A stretch of DNA of 64,000 nt from an uncultured Spirochaetota bacterium (lineage in GTDB: Bacteria > Spirochaetota > Spirochaetia > SZUA-6 > Fen-1364): positions 480,001 through 544,000 of the forward strand of contig CAWAHW010000002.1 in assembly GCA_963781885.1 (NCBI GenBank). The letters are read 5' to 3'. Of the stretch, positions 30,819 to 40,759 are shown one piece after another. The stretch's first letter is position 1. Every line of letters begins with the position of its first letter. Under the pieces are notes generated by a model. It worked only from the letters and a program-made list of their open reading frames with translations. It was not told the origin of the DNA and did not search any database. The position numbers were made by a program, and so were the translations under genes.

Positions 30819-31640
30819 CTAGTTCGCGCTGTCCAGGTAGTGCCGAAGGAAGTCGCGGTCCTTGACCAGCTCGGGGTAGGCGTAGAAGAACCGGATCTTT
30901 TTCGCCCGCTCGGTTGCGGCCGCTGGTTTTACCTGCAGCACGAATGAGGCGAATGACTCGGCAAAATCCTCCGAGGGATCGGTGGCGGCGTATTCCGTGA
31001 CAAAGGCCTGCGTGTGCGCGTCGTACAGCGCGGTTGCCTGCTCCTGGTCCCCGTTCTTGTCCGTCCAGCCGGGATACCTGTCCTTCCAGAAGTCTTCATA
31101 GAAGGCGTTGAGATAGGCGGCTTTCCTGAACGTGCCGTCCGAATCGCTGTAGGTGCCCCGGCTGTCATCATCCGTGAACTGGTCGCTCTTCAGCGACAGG
31201 ACATGCCCCAGCTCGTGGGCGATCACCTCGTCGAAGACCGTCTCACCGTCCGGGTCCTGCTCCACGACCGCGCTTTCCGCCTCGGTCCAGTCGAAGCTGA
31301 GCGTCCAGCGCGAGCCGTCGTCATTCGGTGTGGCGGTCCCGTCCGCCGCATCCTCCGCATTCGACGAGGTCGAAAAAAGCTCCAGGCGCGAGACGAGCGT
31401 CTTGCAGTCCGGGGGGATCGCCGCCCAGATGTACGATTCCGCCAGGTCGTACAGCTTCTTCCGGCTCGCCGCGACGCTCACGCCCGGATCCGGGCGGGCA
31501 GCTCCCTTCACGATCGTGTACGCGGCCACCACCTGCTGTCCCGCGTCCGCGCCGTCATCGGCCCAGGCGGCACGCGCACCCAGCGTCAGGGCGGCGACAA
31601 TGATCATGATCGCGATGAACCGGGCGCGTGTCCCCCTCAT
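30819..31640 (-). CDS. Secreted zincin-like metallopeptidase domain protein
   Basis: Signal peptide, AHELGHVL, FVTEYAATDPSEDFAESF. Confidence 0.75.
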   Translation of the reverse strand: MRGTRARFIAIMIIVAALTLGARAAWADDGADAGQQVVAAYTIVKGAARPDPGVSVAASRKKLYDLAESYIWAAIPPDCKTLVSRLELFSTSSNAEDAADGTATPNDDGSRWTLSFDWTEAESAVVEQDPDGETVFDEVIAHELGHVLSLKSDQFTDDDSRGTYSDSDGTFRKAAYLNAFYEDFWKDRYPGWTDKNGDQEQATALYDAHTQAFVTEYAATDPSEDFAESFASFVLQVKPAAATERAKKIRFFYAYPELVKDRDFLRHYLDSAN

Positions 31641-32548
31641 GTGCCCCTCCGGGCGGGCCACGGGATGAGGCCCGACCTTTCCAGGATGTGCGCGGCATAG
31701 CCCGGGTGCCGCGCAAGCATGCGCTTGTCCATCAGGGGCACGCTGATGCCCGCGAAGAGCGCCGTCACCGCGGCAGGCCCCGCGACGGTCCACCATGACG
31801 AGGGATGCGCGGCGATGCCGAAAAGCCAGATGCCCCACCAGAAGAGCACCTCGCCGAAATAATTGGGGTGACGGGACAGGGCCCAGAGCCCCGAGGAAAG
31901 GATGTCCTTCGGTGACCGCGGCGAGGTGAGGAAACGTCTGAGCTGCTGGTCCGCCGCCGATTCGATGAGGATGGCCGCGGCGGTGACCGTCACGGCGGCA
32001 CAGTCCATCAGCCCGATCGGTCGCCCGGTCGCGGCGAACGCAAATGACATCGGCACGCAGGCGACAAAGACGATGACGGTGGGCATCAGGTGGAATCCCA
32101 GGAAGCTCAGGGGCCAGTAGCCCGCACCCAGCCGCCGGTAATCGGCGTAGCGCCAGTCCTCGTCGGCAAGACCGCGCCAGCGCCGCAGCCAGTTTGCCGT
32201 CAGGCGCGTCGCCCAAAGCAGGACGAGCAGGAGCAGCGCGGCCTGGCGGAAGGAGAGACCTCCGCCGCCGAGGCGAAGCAGCCATACCGGGGCAAGGACG
32301 GCCGGCGCGACGCTCCAATACGGATCGTAGACGCTGGAGTTGTCCAGGGCGACGCTGAATGCAAAGACAAAGACCGTTGCCGCAAGATCCGCCACGCCCG
32401 CCGACCAGACGGGGTTGATGCCGCGCAGGAGACGTGCCACGGCGACGGCTGCCACGCCTGCCACGGCGTATGCGAGCAGGCAGAGGAGAAGGGACTGCGG
32501 CCGGCGGAGCCGGGCCCTGTTTATTCCCGCGTCTTTCCGTTTTCCCAT
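31637..32548 (-). CDS. DUF1295 family membrane protein (steroid 5-alpha-reductase-like)
   Basis: NSSVYDPYWS, EDWRY, ADQQL, SRHPNYFGE. Confidence 0.88.
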   Translation of the reverse strand: MGKRKDAGINRARLRRPQSLLLCLLAYAVAGVAAVAVARLLRGINPVWSAGVADLAATVFVFAFSVALDNSSVYDPYWSVAPAVLAPVWLLRLGGGGLSFRQAALLLLVLLWATRLTANWLRRWRGLADEDWRYADYRRLGAGYWPLSFLGFHLMPTVIVFVACVPMSFAFAATGRPIGLMDCAAVTVTAAAILIESAADQQLRRFLTSPRSPKDILSSGLWALSRHPNYFGEVLFWWGIWLFGIAAHPSSWWTVAGPAAVTALFAGISVPLMDKRMLARHPGYAAHILERSGLIPWPARRGT

Positions 32549-33426
32549 GGTATCTCCCGGTTGCGCCGCGCCGAGGCCCGCGGCGGTGTTGCCCCTGTCC
32601 CGGCCGCCCACGGCGCGGGCTGGCAGCGGGGGCAGAAGAAGGAATCGTATCCGCGCACGCCCGCCCGCCGTATCTTCGTGCCGCACACGGGACAGGGCTC
32701 GTCCTTTCTGTTGCGCACCTTCACGTGGTCGCGCACCTTCACCTCGATGGGCTGGCCCGCCGCCCGGACCATGTCGATGCCCCACGTCATGACGGATCGT
32801 ATGTTGTCGTAGAGCTTCCCGCGCTGCTCATCCGTGAGGCTGATGCACGAGGCCTTCGGGTGGATGCCCGCCGCAAAGAGTATCTCATCGGCGTATGCGT
32901 TTCCGATCGCGCTCAGCGCCGTCTGGTCCATGAGGAAAACGCGCACCTGGTGGCGCCGCCCTTTGATGATCGCGTCGAAGCGCGCGCGGGTGAAAGCGGG
33001 GGAAAGTATCTCGATGCCCTGGTCGAGATACCCGGGGATCGCCGCACAACCGTCGACCGCGGTGAGGTAGAGCTTGCCCATGCGCTTGTCGTCGCCGTAG
33101 CGAAGCCATTCCCCGTTGTCCAGGTGCAGGGCCATGCACAGGTGCGCGACAGCCTTGTCCCCGGCCGCGGCGATCTGCAGCCGCCCGGCGAGCATGCAGT
33201 GCACGATCAGCTCCGCGTCGGGCGCGAGTGAGAAATCCAGGAAAGGGCCGTGACGTCGGAGATCGGTGATGGTGCGTCCGGCGAGCGCGTGCGCGAATCC
33301 ACCGGCATCCGGCAGAAGCATGCGCGTGACGATGGGTTCCTTCAGCGTCACCTCGTCGATGCGCCGTCCCCGGATCCGGGGTCGGAGGACGGAGACGATG
33401 TATTCGAGGTCGGGCAGCTCCGGCAC
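32521..33426 (-). CDS. mutM: Fpg/Nei family DNA glycosylase/AP lyase
   Basis: N-terminal PELP, H2TH GNAYADEILF, zinc finger CPVC...CPRC. Confidence 0.88.
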   Translation of the reverse strand: MPELPDLEYIVSVLRPRIRGRRIDEVTLKEPIVTRMLLPDAGGFAHALAGRTITDLRRHGPFLDFSLAPDAELIVHCMLAGRLQIAAAGDKAVAHLCMALHLDNGEWLRYGDDKRMGKLYLTAVDGCAAIPGYLDQGIEILSPAFTRARFDAIIKGRRHQVRVFLMDQTALSAIGNAYADEILFAAGIHPKASCISLTDEQRGKLYDNIRSVMTWGIDMVRAAGQPIEVKVRDHVKVRNRKDEPCPVCGTKIRRAGVRGYDSFFCPRCQPAPWAAGTGATPPRASARRNREIPWENGKTRE

Positions 33427-33442
33427 GGCGACCAATGGAACC

Positions 33443-34744
33443 CTAGAGCTGTCTCTTGTCAACCACGCGCCGCGCCTTGCCTTCGGCCGGGGGGGCGATG
33501 TCCCGCGGCTCCACCAGGCTCACCTGCGCCGTGATGCCCATGGAGCCCTCCAGCTCGCGGAGGAGTCGGGCCCGCAGCTTCTCGGGGCTTTTTGATTCAT
33601 CCGCTGCCGCGCCGGCCGCGCGCTCCACCCGCAGCTCCATCGTGTCGATGCCCATGGCCCGGTCCAGCACGATCTCGTAGTGCGGCCCCAGGCCGTCGAT
33701 GTCGAGGATGATCTGCTCGATGCGGGAGGGGAAGACCTTCACGGCGCCGAGATTGATGAGGTCATCGATCCCGCCCTGCACGCGCGACATGCGCGCGAGC
33801 GTCCGCCCGCACGCGCAGGGCTCGTCCGTCACGGAGCCGATGTCGCCGGTGCGGTAGCGCAGGAGGGGAAAGCCCTCCTTGGTGATGGTCGTGAGGACGA
33901 GCTCCCCCTCGGCGCCCCGGGGAAGAGGCCGGAGCGTGGAGGGATCGATCACCTCCACGATGAAGCAATCCTCGTTCACGTGCAGACCCGCGCGGCATTC
34001 GCACTCGTACGACACGCCCGGTCCGAGCACCTCCGTGAGGCCGTAGTTGTCCAGCGCCGTGATGCCCAAAGACTCTTCCAGCCGCCGGCGCAGCTCCTCG
34101 GTCCACGGCTCGGCGCCGAAGTACCCCACCCGGAGGAAAAGCTCGTCGTGCCGCACGCCCATCTCCGCAACGGTCGCGGCGATGGCCGTCGCGTAGCTTG
34201 GAGTGCAGGCGAGCGCGGTCGTTTTGAAGTCGCGCATGATGCGGACCTGTTTTTCCAGGCCGCCGGTGGAGGCGGGTATCACGCACGCCCCGATGCGCTC
34301 CGCGCCGGCGTGCAGGCCGAAGCCCCCGCTGAAAAGCCCGTAGGTGAAGGCGACCTGCATGACGTCGTGCTCCGTCATGCCGCCCGCGGCCAGCAGGCGC
34401 GCGACGCACTCCGACCACGTCTTCAGGTCATTGCGCGTGTAGCCGACGACGACGGGTGTGCCCGTGGTGCCGGAGGTGGACTGGATGCGCACGACGTCGC
34501 GCAGGGGCACGGCGAACATGTCGTAGGGGTAGCTGCGGCGGAGATCGTCCTTCGTCGTGAAGGGCAGGCGCGTCAGGTCGTCGAGACCGCGCACGTCCTC
34601 GCCGCCCACGCCGGCCGCGGAAAGGGAGGCGCGGTAGAAGGCGACATTGCGCGTCACACGGTTCACCGTCGCCTGCAGCCGCTCCAGCTGCACCTGGGTG
34701 AGTGAGTCCCGTGCCATGGATTCGTATTTCGGGCTCCAGATCAC
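33443..34744 (-). CDS. paaK: Phenylacetate-CoA ligase family protein
   Basis: LPFTTKDDLR, STSGTTG, YGLTE..GPG, RYRTGD. Confidence 0.9.
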   Translation of the reverse strand: MIWSPKYESMARDSLTQVQLERLQATVNRVTRNVAFYRASLSAAGVGGEDVRGLDDLTRLPFTTKDDLRRSYPYDMFAVPLRDVVRIQSTSGTTGTPVVVGYTRNDLKTWSECVARLLAAGGMTEHDVMQVAFTYGLFSGGFGLHAGAERIGACVIPASTGGLEKQVRIMRDFKTTALACTPSYATAIAATVAEMGVRHDELFLRVGYFGAEPWTEELRRRLEESLGITALDNYGLTEVLGPGVSYECECRAGLHVNEDCFIVEVIDPSTLRPLPRGAEGELVLTTITKEGFPLLRYRTGDIGSVTDEPCACGRTLARMSRVQGGIDDLINLGAVKVFPSRIEQIILDIDGLGPHYEIVLDRAMGIDTMELRVERAAGAAADESKSPEKLRARLLRELEGSMGITAQVSLVEPRDIAPPAEGKARRVVDKRQL

Positions 34745-34756
34745 GCTTTCCCCCTC

Positions 34757-35491
34757 TCAGTCGTTGATGCGCCGGTATTCCTTGCCCAGGTAGGCGCGGC
34801 GCACGTCGCGATTGTCCGAGAGCTCCGCCGCGCTTCCCTCCGTCATGATGCGTCCCGTCTCCATGACGTAGCCCCTGTCGGCGATGGAGAGGGCCGCGCG
34901 CGCGTTCTGCTCAACGAGCAGGATCGTCGCGCCGCGGCCGCGCAAGGACGCGATCACGTCGAAGATCTCCCGCACGACGAGCGGCGCAAGCCCAATGGAC
35001 GGCTCGTCGAGCATCAGGATGCGCGGCTTCGCCATGAGCGCGCGGCCCAGAGCGAGCATCTGCTGCTCCCCGCCGGAAAGCGTGCCCGCCTCCTGCGTCC
35101 CTCTTTTTGCGAGTATGGGAAAAAGCGCGCAGATTTCCTCCGCGTCTTTTTCCACCGATGCCCTGCCATGACGCCGCCAGCGCAGGTAGCCGCCGAGCTG
35201 GAGATTCTCCCGCACGCTCATGTCGGGGAATATCTGGCGTCCCTCCGGCACGAGCACGCATCCGCGGGCCGCCACGGATTCGGCCGGTCGGCCCGTGATC
35301 TCCTCCGCGCGGAACTCCACCGTTCCCGCCGACGGCCGCACGACGCCCGCGATTGCATTCAGGAGCGTGCTCTTGCCCGCGCCGTTTGCCCCGACGATGG
35401 TCACGATCTCCCCCACGTCGACGTGCAGGGAAACGCCGTGGAGGACCTCCACGTTCCCGTAACCGGCGTGCAGGCTCCTCAGCCTAAGCAT
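34757..35491 (-). CDS. livF: Branched-chain amino acid-type ABC ATPase
   Basis: GANGAGKS, VPEGRQIF, LSGGEQQM. Confidence 0.92.
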   Translation of the reverse strand: MLRLRSLHAGYGNVEVLHGVSLHVDVGEIVTIVGANGAGKSTLLNAIAGVVRPSAGTVEFRAEEITGRPAESVAARGCVLVPEGRQIFPDMSVRENLQLGGYLRWRRHGRASVEKDAEEICALFPILAKRGTQEAGTLSGGEQQMLALGRALMAKPRILMLDEPSIGLAPLVVREIFDVIASLRGRGATILLVEQNARAALSIADRGYVMETGRIMTEGSAAELSDNRDVRRAYLGKEYRRIND

Positions 35492-36254
35492 CGTCGGCCC
35501 CGAGATAGACCTGGATCACGTCGGGATTCGCCTGTATCTCCCGGGGGCTTCCCTCCGCGATTGCCTGGCCGAAGCTCAGGACGAGCACCTCGTCGGAGAT
35601 GCCCATGACGAGCGACATGTCGTGCTCCACGACGAGCACCGTGATGCCCTGTCCGCGCAGCCCGCCGATCAGCGCGGCCATCTCCTCCGTCTCCCGGGGG
35701 TTCAGACCGCAGGCGGGCTCGTCCAGGAGCAGGAGCCGCGGACCGGCCGCGAGGGCGCGCGCAAGCTCGACGACCCTCTGTCGGCCGAAGGGCAGGTCCT
35801 GCGCGTCCCGATGGGCGAGCTCTGCGATCCCCAGACTGGAAAGCACGTCCATGCAGAGCGCGCGAACGCGCGCCTCTTCGCGCCGGGTGACGGCGGGGCC
35901 TGCCATGCCTGCTAGAAATCCGTGACGGCTGCGGCCGTGCATGCCGACCATGACGTTTTCGAGCACCGTCATGCGCGGGAAAAGACGCGTCGCCTGGAAT
36001 GTGCGCGAGATGCCGCGCGCCGCGACGCGGTGGGGCGGCAGGCCCGTTGTCGGGCTGCCATCGAAAATGATGCTGCCGCCCACGGGGGAAAGCGCGCCGG
36101 CCACGAGGTTGAAAAGCGTGGTCTTTCCCGCGCCATTGGGCCCGATGATCGCCTTCACCGTCAGCGGCGCGCATGAAAAGCTCACGCCGTCTATCACGTG
36201 CAGCCCGCCGAACCAGTGATGGAGCCCGCGGACCTCCAGGAGCGGTGCGCTCAA
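35484..36254 (-). CDS. livG: Branched-chain amino acid-type ABC ATPase
   Basis: GPNGAGKT, RTFQ, LLLLDEP, VEHDM. Confidence 0.92.
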   Translation of the reverse strand: MSAPLLEVRGLHHWFGGLHVIDGVSFSCAPLTVKAIIGPNGAGKTTLFNLVAGALSPVGGSIIFDGSPTTGLPPHRVAARGISRTFQATRLFPRMTVLENVMVGMHGRSRHGFLAGMAGPAVTRREEARVRALCMDVLSSLGIAELAHRDAQDLPFGRQRVVELARALAAGPRLLLLDEPACGLNPRETEEMAALIGGLRGQGITVLVVEHDMSLVMGISDEVLVLSFGQAIAEGSPREIQANPDVIQVYLGADDA

Positions 36255-37249
36255 CGCTGCCCTCCCGCGCGACCCGTGAGTCGTCCGGCACCCCGGCGCA
36301 GGCCCGGCAGGAGACCGAAGAGACCGTTCGGAGCAAAGAGCATGATCGCGACGAGCAGGGCGCCGAAGACGGCGTCATCGAAGAGCCCGAATGCCCCGCG
36401 CAGCGAGAGGAAGGTGAGGAGCGCGGCGACGGCCACGGTCCCCCATGGGCTTCCCATGCCGCCCGCGGCGACCAGCGCGACGTAGCGCACCGATTTCATG
36501 ACCCCTGCCTCGCCCGGGCCGATGCCGCCATTGTAGTGGGCGAGGAATGCGCCGCCCACCGACGCGTAGACGGCGCTCGTCACGAACACGGCGAGCTTGT
36601 AGCGGCTGACGTTCACGCCCATGGCTGCCGCGGCCTCCTCGTTGCCGTTGATGGCGCGCAGGGCGCGGCCGACGCGGGAGCCCACGAGGTTGACCGCGAC
36701 AAAAAGCCCGAGCGTGACGAGGGTCCATGCGATGTAGTAGTTCTGCACGCGCAGCGTGCGTCTGCCGGAAATCACGAGGCCCGCGAAGAGACGGATCGCC
36801 GGAATGTCAGAAATGCCGTCCGCCTGGCCGAAGAGGCTCGTGCCGAGGATGACGCGTGAGACGATGAAACCGAAGGCGAGTGTCGCCATGGCGAGGTAGT
36901 GGCCCCGGAGACGCAGCACGGGCATGCCGATCACGACCGCCACGAGTGCCGTCAGCACGACCGCGGCGGGAAGGGAAAGCCACGGAGCAAAGCGCAGGAG
37001 CCCCGCGCCGGCCGTCGACAGCACCGCCGTGGTATAGGCGCCGATGGCGAAGAATCCGGCGTGGCCCAGCGACACCTGGCCCGCGTATCCCATGAGCAGG
37101 CAGAGGCCCAGTGTCACCAGGGTGTAGTACGCAGACATCGTAAGCTGGGTGAGGAGATATTCCAGCTTCAAGACGGAAAGCAGGACCTGCACGAGCACGA
37201 CAATCGCGGCGAGAAGAAGAACGGGAAGGTAGCGGCGCAGAAGGCTCAT
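36251..37249 (-). CDS. livM: Branched-chain amino acid-type ABC permease
   Basis: GYAGQVSLGHAGF, RLRGHYLAMATL. Confidence 0.9.
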   Translation of the reverse strand: MSLLRRYLPVLLLAAIVVLVQVLLSVLKLEYLLTQLTMSAYYTLVTLGLCLLMGYAGQVSLGHAGFFAIGAYTTAVLSTAGAGLLRFAPWLSLPAAVVLTALVAVVIGMPVLRLRGHYLAMATLAFGFIVSRVILGTSLFGQADGISDIPAIRLFAGLVISGRRTLRVQNYYIAWTLVTLGLFVAVNLVGSRVGRALRAINGNEEAAAAMGVNVSRYKLAVFVTSAVYASVGGAFLAHYNGGIGPGEAGVMKSVRYVALVAAGGMGSPWGTVAVAALLTFLSLRGAFGLFDDAVFGALLVAIMLFAPNGLFGLLPGLRRGAGRLTGRAGGQR

Positions 37250-37255
37250 CGTCGC

Positions 37256-38149
37256 CTATGCCCGGCGCGTGCCCAGGAGCGACGCGGGCCTGCCGCCGAA
37301 CAGCCCCTCGGGCCTGAAGAAGAGGATGGCGAGCATGATGGCAAGGGACACGACGTCCTTGTACGCCAGCGGCAAAATGCTGATGCTCGCCGACTCCAGC
37401 ACTCCGATCAGGAGCCCCGCGGCCACGGCGGCGGTGACATTCCCCAGGCCGCCCAGGACCGCGCAGGTGAAACCCTTGATGGCGAGCGACGTTCCCATGT
37501 CGTACTGCGTCTGGGTGAGCGGCGAGATGACGCACCCCGCGAGAGCCCCCATCGCCGCGGCGATGAAAAAAGAAAGCGTGACGAGCACGGAGGTGCGGAT
37601 GCCGCACAACCGCGCGGCGTTAGCGTTGGAGGCGCAGGCGCGCATCGCCCGGCCGGTGAGGGTGGAACGGAAGAAGATGCTGAGCGCGGCGACCATGAGG
37701 CCGCAGACCCCGAGCACCCAGAGCACCTGGGGCGAGATGCGCGCCCCCAGCACGGCCAGAGAGGAGGTCTCGTCGCCGGTCCAGAAGGGGAGCGCCCGCA
37801 CCTTTTCATTCCAGACGTGGAGCGCGGCCTCCCGGATGAGGATGGAGAGGCCGATGGTGATGATGATCATGCGGAGGACCCCGGGAGACCGCAGCCAGGA
37901 GATGAACACGAGCTGGAGGAGGACACCGATGAGACCCGTGATCACCACCGCCGCGGCAACGGCGGCGGCAAGGGGAAGTGAGTGGCTGAGCGACACCGAG
38001 ATCATTCCCCCGAGCATGAGGAACTCCCCCTGGGCGAAATTGATGATGCCCGTGGAGTTGTAGATGATGGTGAAGCCGATGCCGACGATGGCATAGATGC
38101 TTCCCGTGGTCACGCCCGAGAGAAGGTACTGGAGGAGCTGCGCCCCCAT
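37256..38149 (-). CDS. livH: Branched-chain amino acid-type ABC permease
   Basis: INFAQGEF, GRAMRA, GGLG. Confidence 0.9.
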   Translation of the reverse strand: MGAQLLQYLLSGVTTGSIYAIVGIGFTIIYNSTGIINFAQGEFLMLGGMISVSLSHSLPLAAAVAAAVVITGLIGVLLQLVFISWLRSPGVLRMIIITIGLSILIREAALHVWNEKVRALPFWTGDETSSLAVLGARISPQVLWVLGVCGLMVAALSIFFRSTLTGRAMRACASNANAARLCGIRTSVLVTLSFFIAAAMGALAGCVISPLTQTQYDMGTSLAIKGFTCAVLGGLGNVTAAVAAGLLIGVLESASISILPLAYKDVVSLAIMLAILFFRPEGLFGGRPASLLGTRRA

Positions 38150-38158
38150 GCAGGGGCC

Positions 38159-39301
38159 TTATTTCCCGAGCGGCGCGAACCGGCCGTTCTTCACCGTGAG
38201 CATCTCCAACGCGTCCGGCGTGAGCCCGTTGTGGTCCGTTGGTGAGAAGGTGAAAACGCCCGAGATGCCGACAAAACCCTTCATGCCCTCGATGTAGTCG
38301 CGCACCTTCGCGCGATCGATTCCCACCTTAGCGACCGCCTCGGCAATGAGGGAAAAGCTGTCCGCGGCATGACCGCCGAACGTGCTTGGCTCCTCGCCGA
38401 ACTTCGCCATGTAGGCCGTGCGGTACCCGACGAGCGCCTTCTTCTGGGGGTTGTCCGCGGGCAGTGCATCCGCGATGAGGATGCGGCCGCAGGGGAATAT
38501 CGTGCCTTCCGCCGCCTTGCCCGCGGCCTCGACGTATGCGATGTTGCCGAACCCGTGGCTCTGGAAGATGGGCACGTCGAAACCGAGCTGCTTCATGTTC
38601 TTCAGCACGATCGATTGTGCGGGCTCGGTGGACCAGTTCACCATCGCCTGGACATTCTGGGCCTTGATCTTCGTGAGGACGCTCGTGAGATCGGTGGAGT
38701 CCTTGTCGTAGTCCTCCGCGATGACGATCTGGATGCCGGCGTCGGGGGCGTACTTCGCAAGCTGCGCCTTGCCGCCCTGGCCGAAGCCCGAGTTGCTGCA
38801 CATCACCCCGATGCGCGTGATTCCCCTCTGCTTCATGGTGGCGAAGATCATCTGGGCGACGAAGCTGTCCATCGGCGCGACCTTGAAGACCCATTTCGCG
38901 ACGGGATTGACGATTGTCTCGGCGGCCGCGCAGGAGAGGAGGATCGTCTCCGCGTCGTCGCAAAGGCCCTTCAACTTCATGCTTTCCCCGCTGGTGGACG
39001 GGCCGATGATCGCAAGCACCTGCTCTTCGTCGATCATCTGCTTCGCGAATGAGACGGCCTTTTCTGCGTCGCCCTGCGAGTCCTTCATGATGAGCTTCAC
39101 GGGTCTTCCGCCGATGCCTCCGGCCGCGTTCGCCGCGTCCACGAACATCTGCAGGGTCCGCGCTTCGGGAAGCCCCAGGTTCGCGTTGCCGCCGGTGATC
39201 GAGAATATCGCGCCAATCTTCACCGCCTCGGCGCCGAAGCCGGGGATGCCGGCCAGAATGAGAGCGGTTGCGCAAGCGAACAGGAACTTTCTCCCTGCCA
39301 T
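38159..39301 (-). CDS. ABC substrate-binding protein (LivK-like, aromatic acid clade), paralog 1
   Basis: Signal peptide, KIGAIFSITG..ANLG, FSPTDHNG. Confidence 0.9.
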   Translation of the reverse strand: MAGRKFLFACATALILAGIPGFGAEAVKIGAIFSITGGNANLGLPEARTLQMFVDAANAAGGIGGRPVKLIMKDSQGDAEKAVSFAKQMIDEEQVLAIIGPSTSGESMKLKGLCDDAETILLSCAAAETIVNPVAKWVFKVAPMDSFVAQMIFATMKQRGITRIGVMCSNSGFGQGGKAQLAKYAPDAGIQIVIAEDYDKDSTDLTSVLTKIKAQNVQAMVNWSTEPAQSIVLKNMKQLGFDVPIFQSHGFGNIAYVEAAGKAAEGTIFPCGRILIADALPADNPQKKALVGYRTAYMAKFGEEPSTFGGHAADSFSLIAEAVAKVGIDRAKVRDYIEGMKGFVGISGVFTFSPTDHNGLTPDALEMLTVKNGRFAPLGK

Positions 39302-39407
39302 GGTGTCCTCCCGGAGCTTTCGATTGGATATTTATACATGAGAAGCGCAAACGCCCCCGTCTGTCAAGCCGGCGCTTTTCAAGTCAGCGCGTCTGCGCTC
39401 CTTTTCC

Positions 39408-40553
39408 CTATTTGCCGTAGAGCGCGAATGCGCCGTCCTTGACCGTGAGCATCTCGAAGGCATCCATCGTGAGCCCATTGTGGTCCGTCGGGGAGAAGTT
39501 GAAGATGCCCCCAGTCCCCACCAGGCCCTTGAGCCCTTCGATCGCATCGCGCACCTTGTACTTGTCCGTGCTTCCTGCCTTCTTGATCGCCTGCGTGAGG
39601 ACCAGGAGGGCATCGTAGGCATGTCCACCGAAGGTGCTCACGTCTTCGTTGTATTTCGCCTCGTACTCCTTCGCGTACGCCGTGAGGAGTTGCTTCTGTG
39701 GATGGCTCGCCGGAAGCACGTCCGCCACGAGCAGTCGCCCGGCCGGGAAGATCACCCCCTCGGCGGCTTTGCCTGCGGCCGTGACAAAGGCGATGTTGCC
39801 GAAGCCGTGGCTCTGGAAGACAGGCACGTCGAACCCGAGCTGCTTCATGTTCTTCAGCACGATGGACTGGGCGGGCTCGATGGACCAGTTGACGATCGCC
39901 TGAACCCCCGCGGCTTTCACCTTCGACAGCACGGCCGTGAGGTCCGTTGCCGCCGTGTCGTAAACCTCCGATGACGCGATGGTGATGCCGTTCGCCGGCG
40001 CGAGCTTTTCCAGCTGCGCCTTTCCCCCAAGCCCGAAGCCCGAGTTGCTCACCACCACGCCGATGCGGGAGATCCCGAGCTTCTTCATGGTCGTGAAGAT
40101 CATCTGCGCAGCGAAGCTGTCCATCTGCGGGGTCTTGAAGACCCATTTCGCAACCGGGTTGACGATCGTCTCGGCGGCGGCGCAGGAGATGAGGATCTGT
40201 TCGTTCTGATCGGCATACGCCTTGACCGCCATGCTTTCACCGCTCGTGGTGGGACCGATGATCGCGAGGACCTGGTTCTCCTCGACGAGCTGCTTGGCAA
40301 AGGATACCGCGTTCTCCGTGCTGCCCTTCGTGTCCTTGACGATCAGCTGGATCTTCTCTCCGAGAACACCGCCGGATGCGTTGGTGTCGTCCACGAGCAT
40401 CTGCAGGGTCCGCGCTTCGGGAAGCCCGAGGTTGGATGCCGGCCCGGTCACCGCGAAGAGCGCACCGATCCGCATCGCATCCGCGCAGAATGCGGGAACG
40501 GCAGACAGCAGCGCGCAAAGAAGCGCCAAGGCAAAAACACTTTTCCTGGACAT
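39408..40553 (-). CDS. ABC substrate-binding protein (LivK-like), paralog 2
   Basis: Highly similar to 38159..39301 (shared EPAQSIVLKNMKQLGFDVP.FQSHGFGNIA). Confidence 0.9.
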   Translation of the reverse strand: MSRKSVFALALLCALLSAVPAFCADAMRIGALFAVTGPASNLGLPEARTLQMLVDDTNASGGVLGEKIQLIVKDTKGSTENAVSFAKQLVEENQVLAIIGPTTSGESMAVKAYADQNEQILISCAAAETIVNPVAKWVFKTPQMDSFAAQMIFTTMKKLGISRIGVVVSNSGFGLGGKAQLEKLAPANGITIASSEVYDTAATDLTAVLSKVKAAGVQAIVNWSIEPAQSIVLKNMKQLGFDVPVFQSHGFGNIAFVTAAGKAAEGVIFPAGRLLVADVLPASHPQKQLLTAYAKEYEAKYNEDVSTFGGHAYDALLVLTQAIKKAGSTDKYKVRDAIEGLKGLVGTGGIFNFSPTDHNGLTMDAFEMLTVKDGAFALYGK

Positions 40554-40697
40554 TGTAGACTCCTTTTTATCGATGATTGCTTTGAATAATTATCCAAGAA
40601 AAGTATAGATTACTAAAAATGTCAAGGATGTCGCCGGCCACCGAATCCGGCGGCATGGGGTCCGGTCAGCGTTCGACGAGCGGCGCGCAACGGGCAG

Positions 40698-40714
40698 GGA
40701 CATTTCTAAAGAGT
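40698..40714 (+). promoter_or_regulatory. Conserved 17-bp motif, copy 1 (upstream of the uxaE-like operon)
   Basis: GGACATTTCTAAAGAGT; 29 nt upstream of -10 TACACT (40744-40749, preceded by an extended TG). Confidence 0.8.
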
Positions 40715-40759
40715 ATCCCCTCCCCACGGCCCGGCCTCCCTGCTACACTTCCCGGGGCC

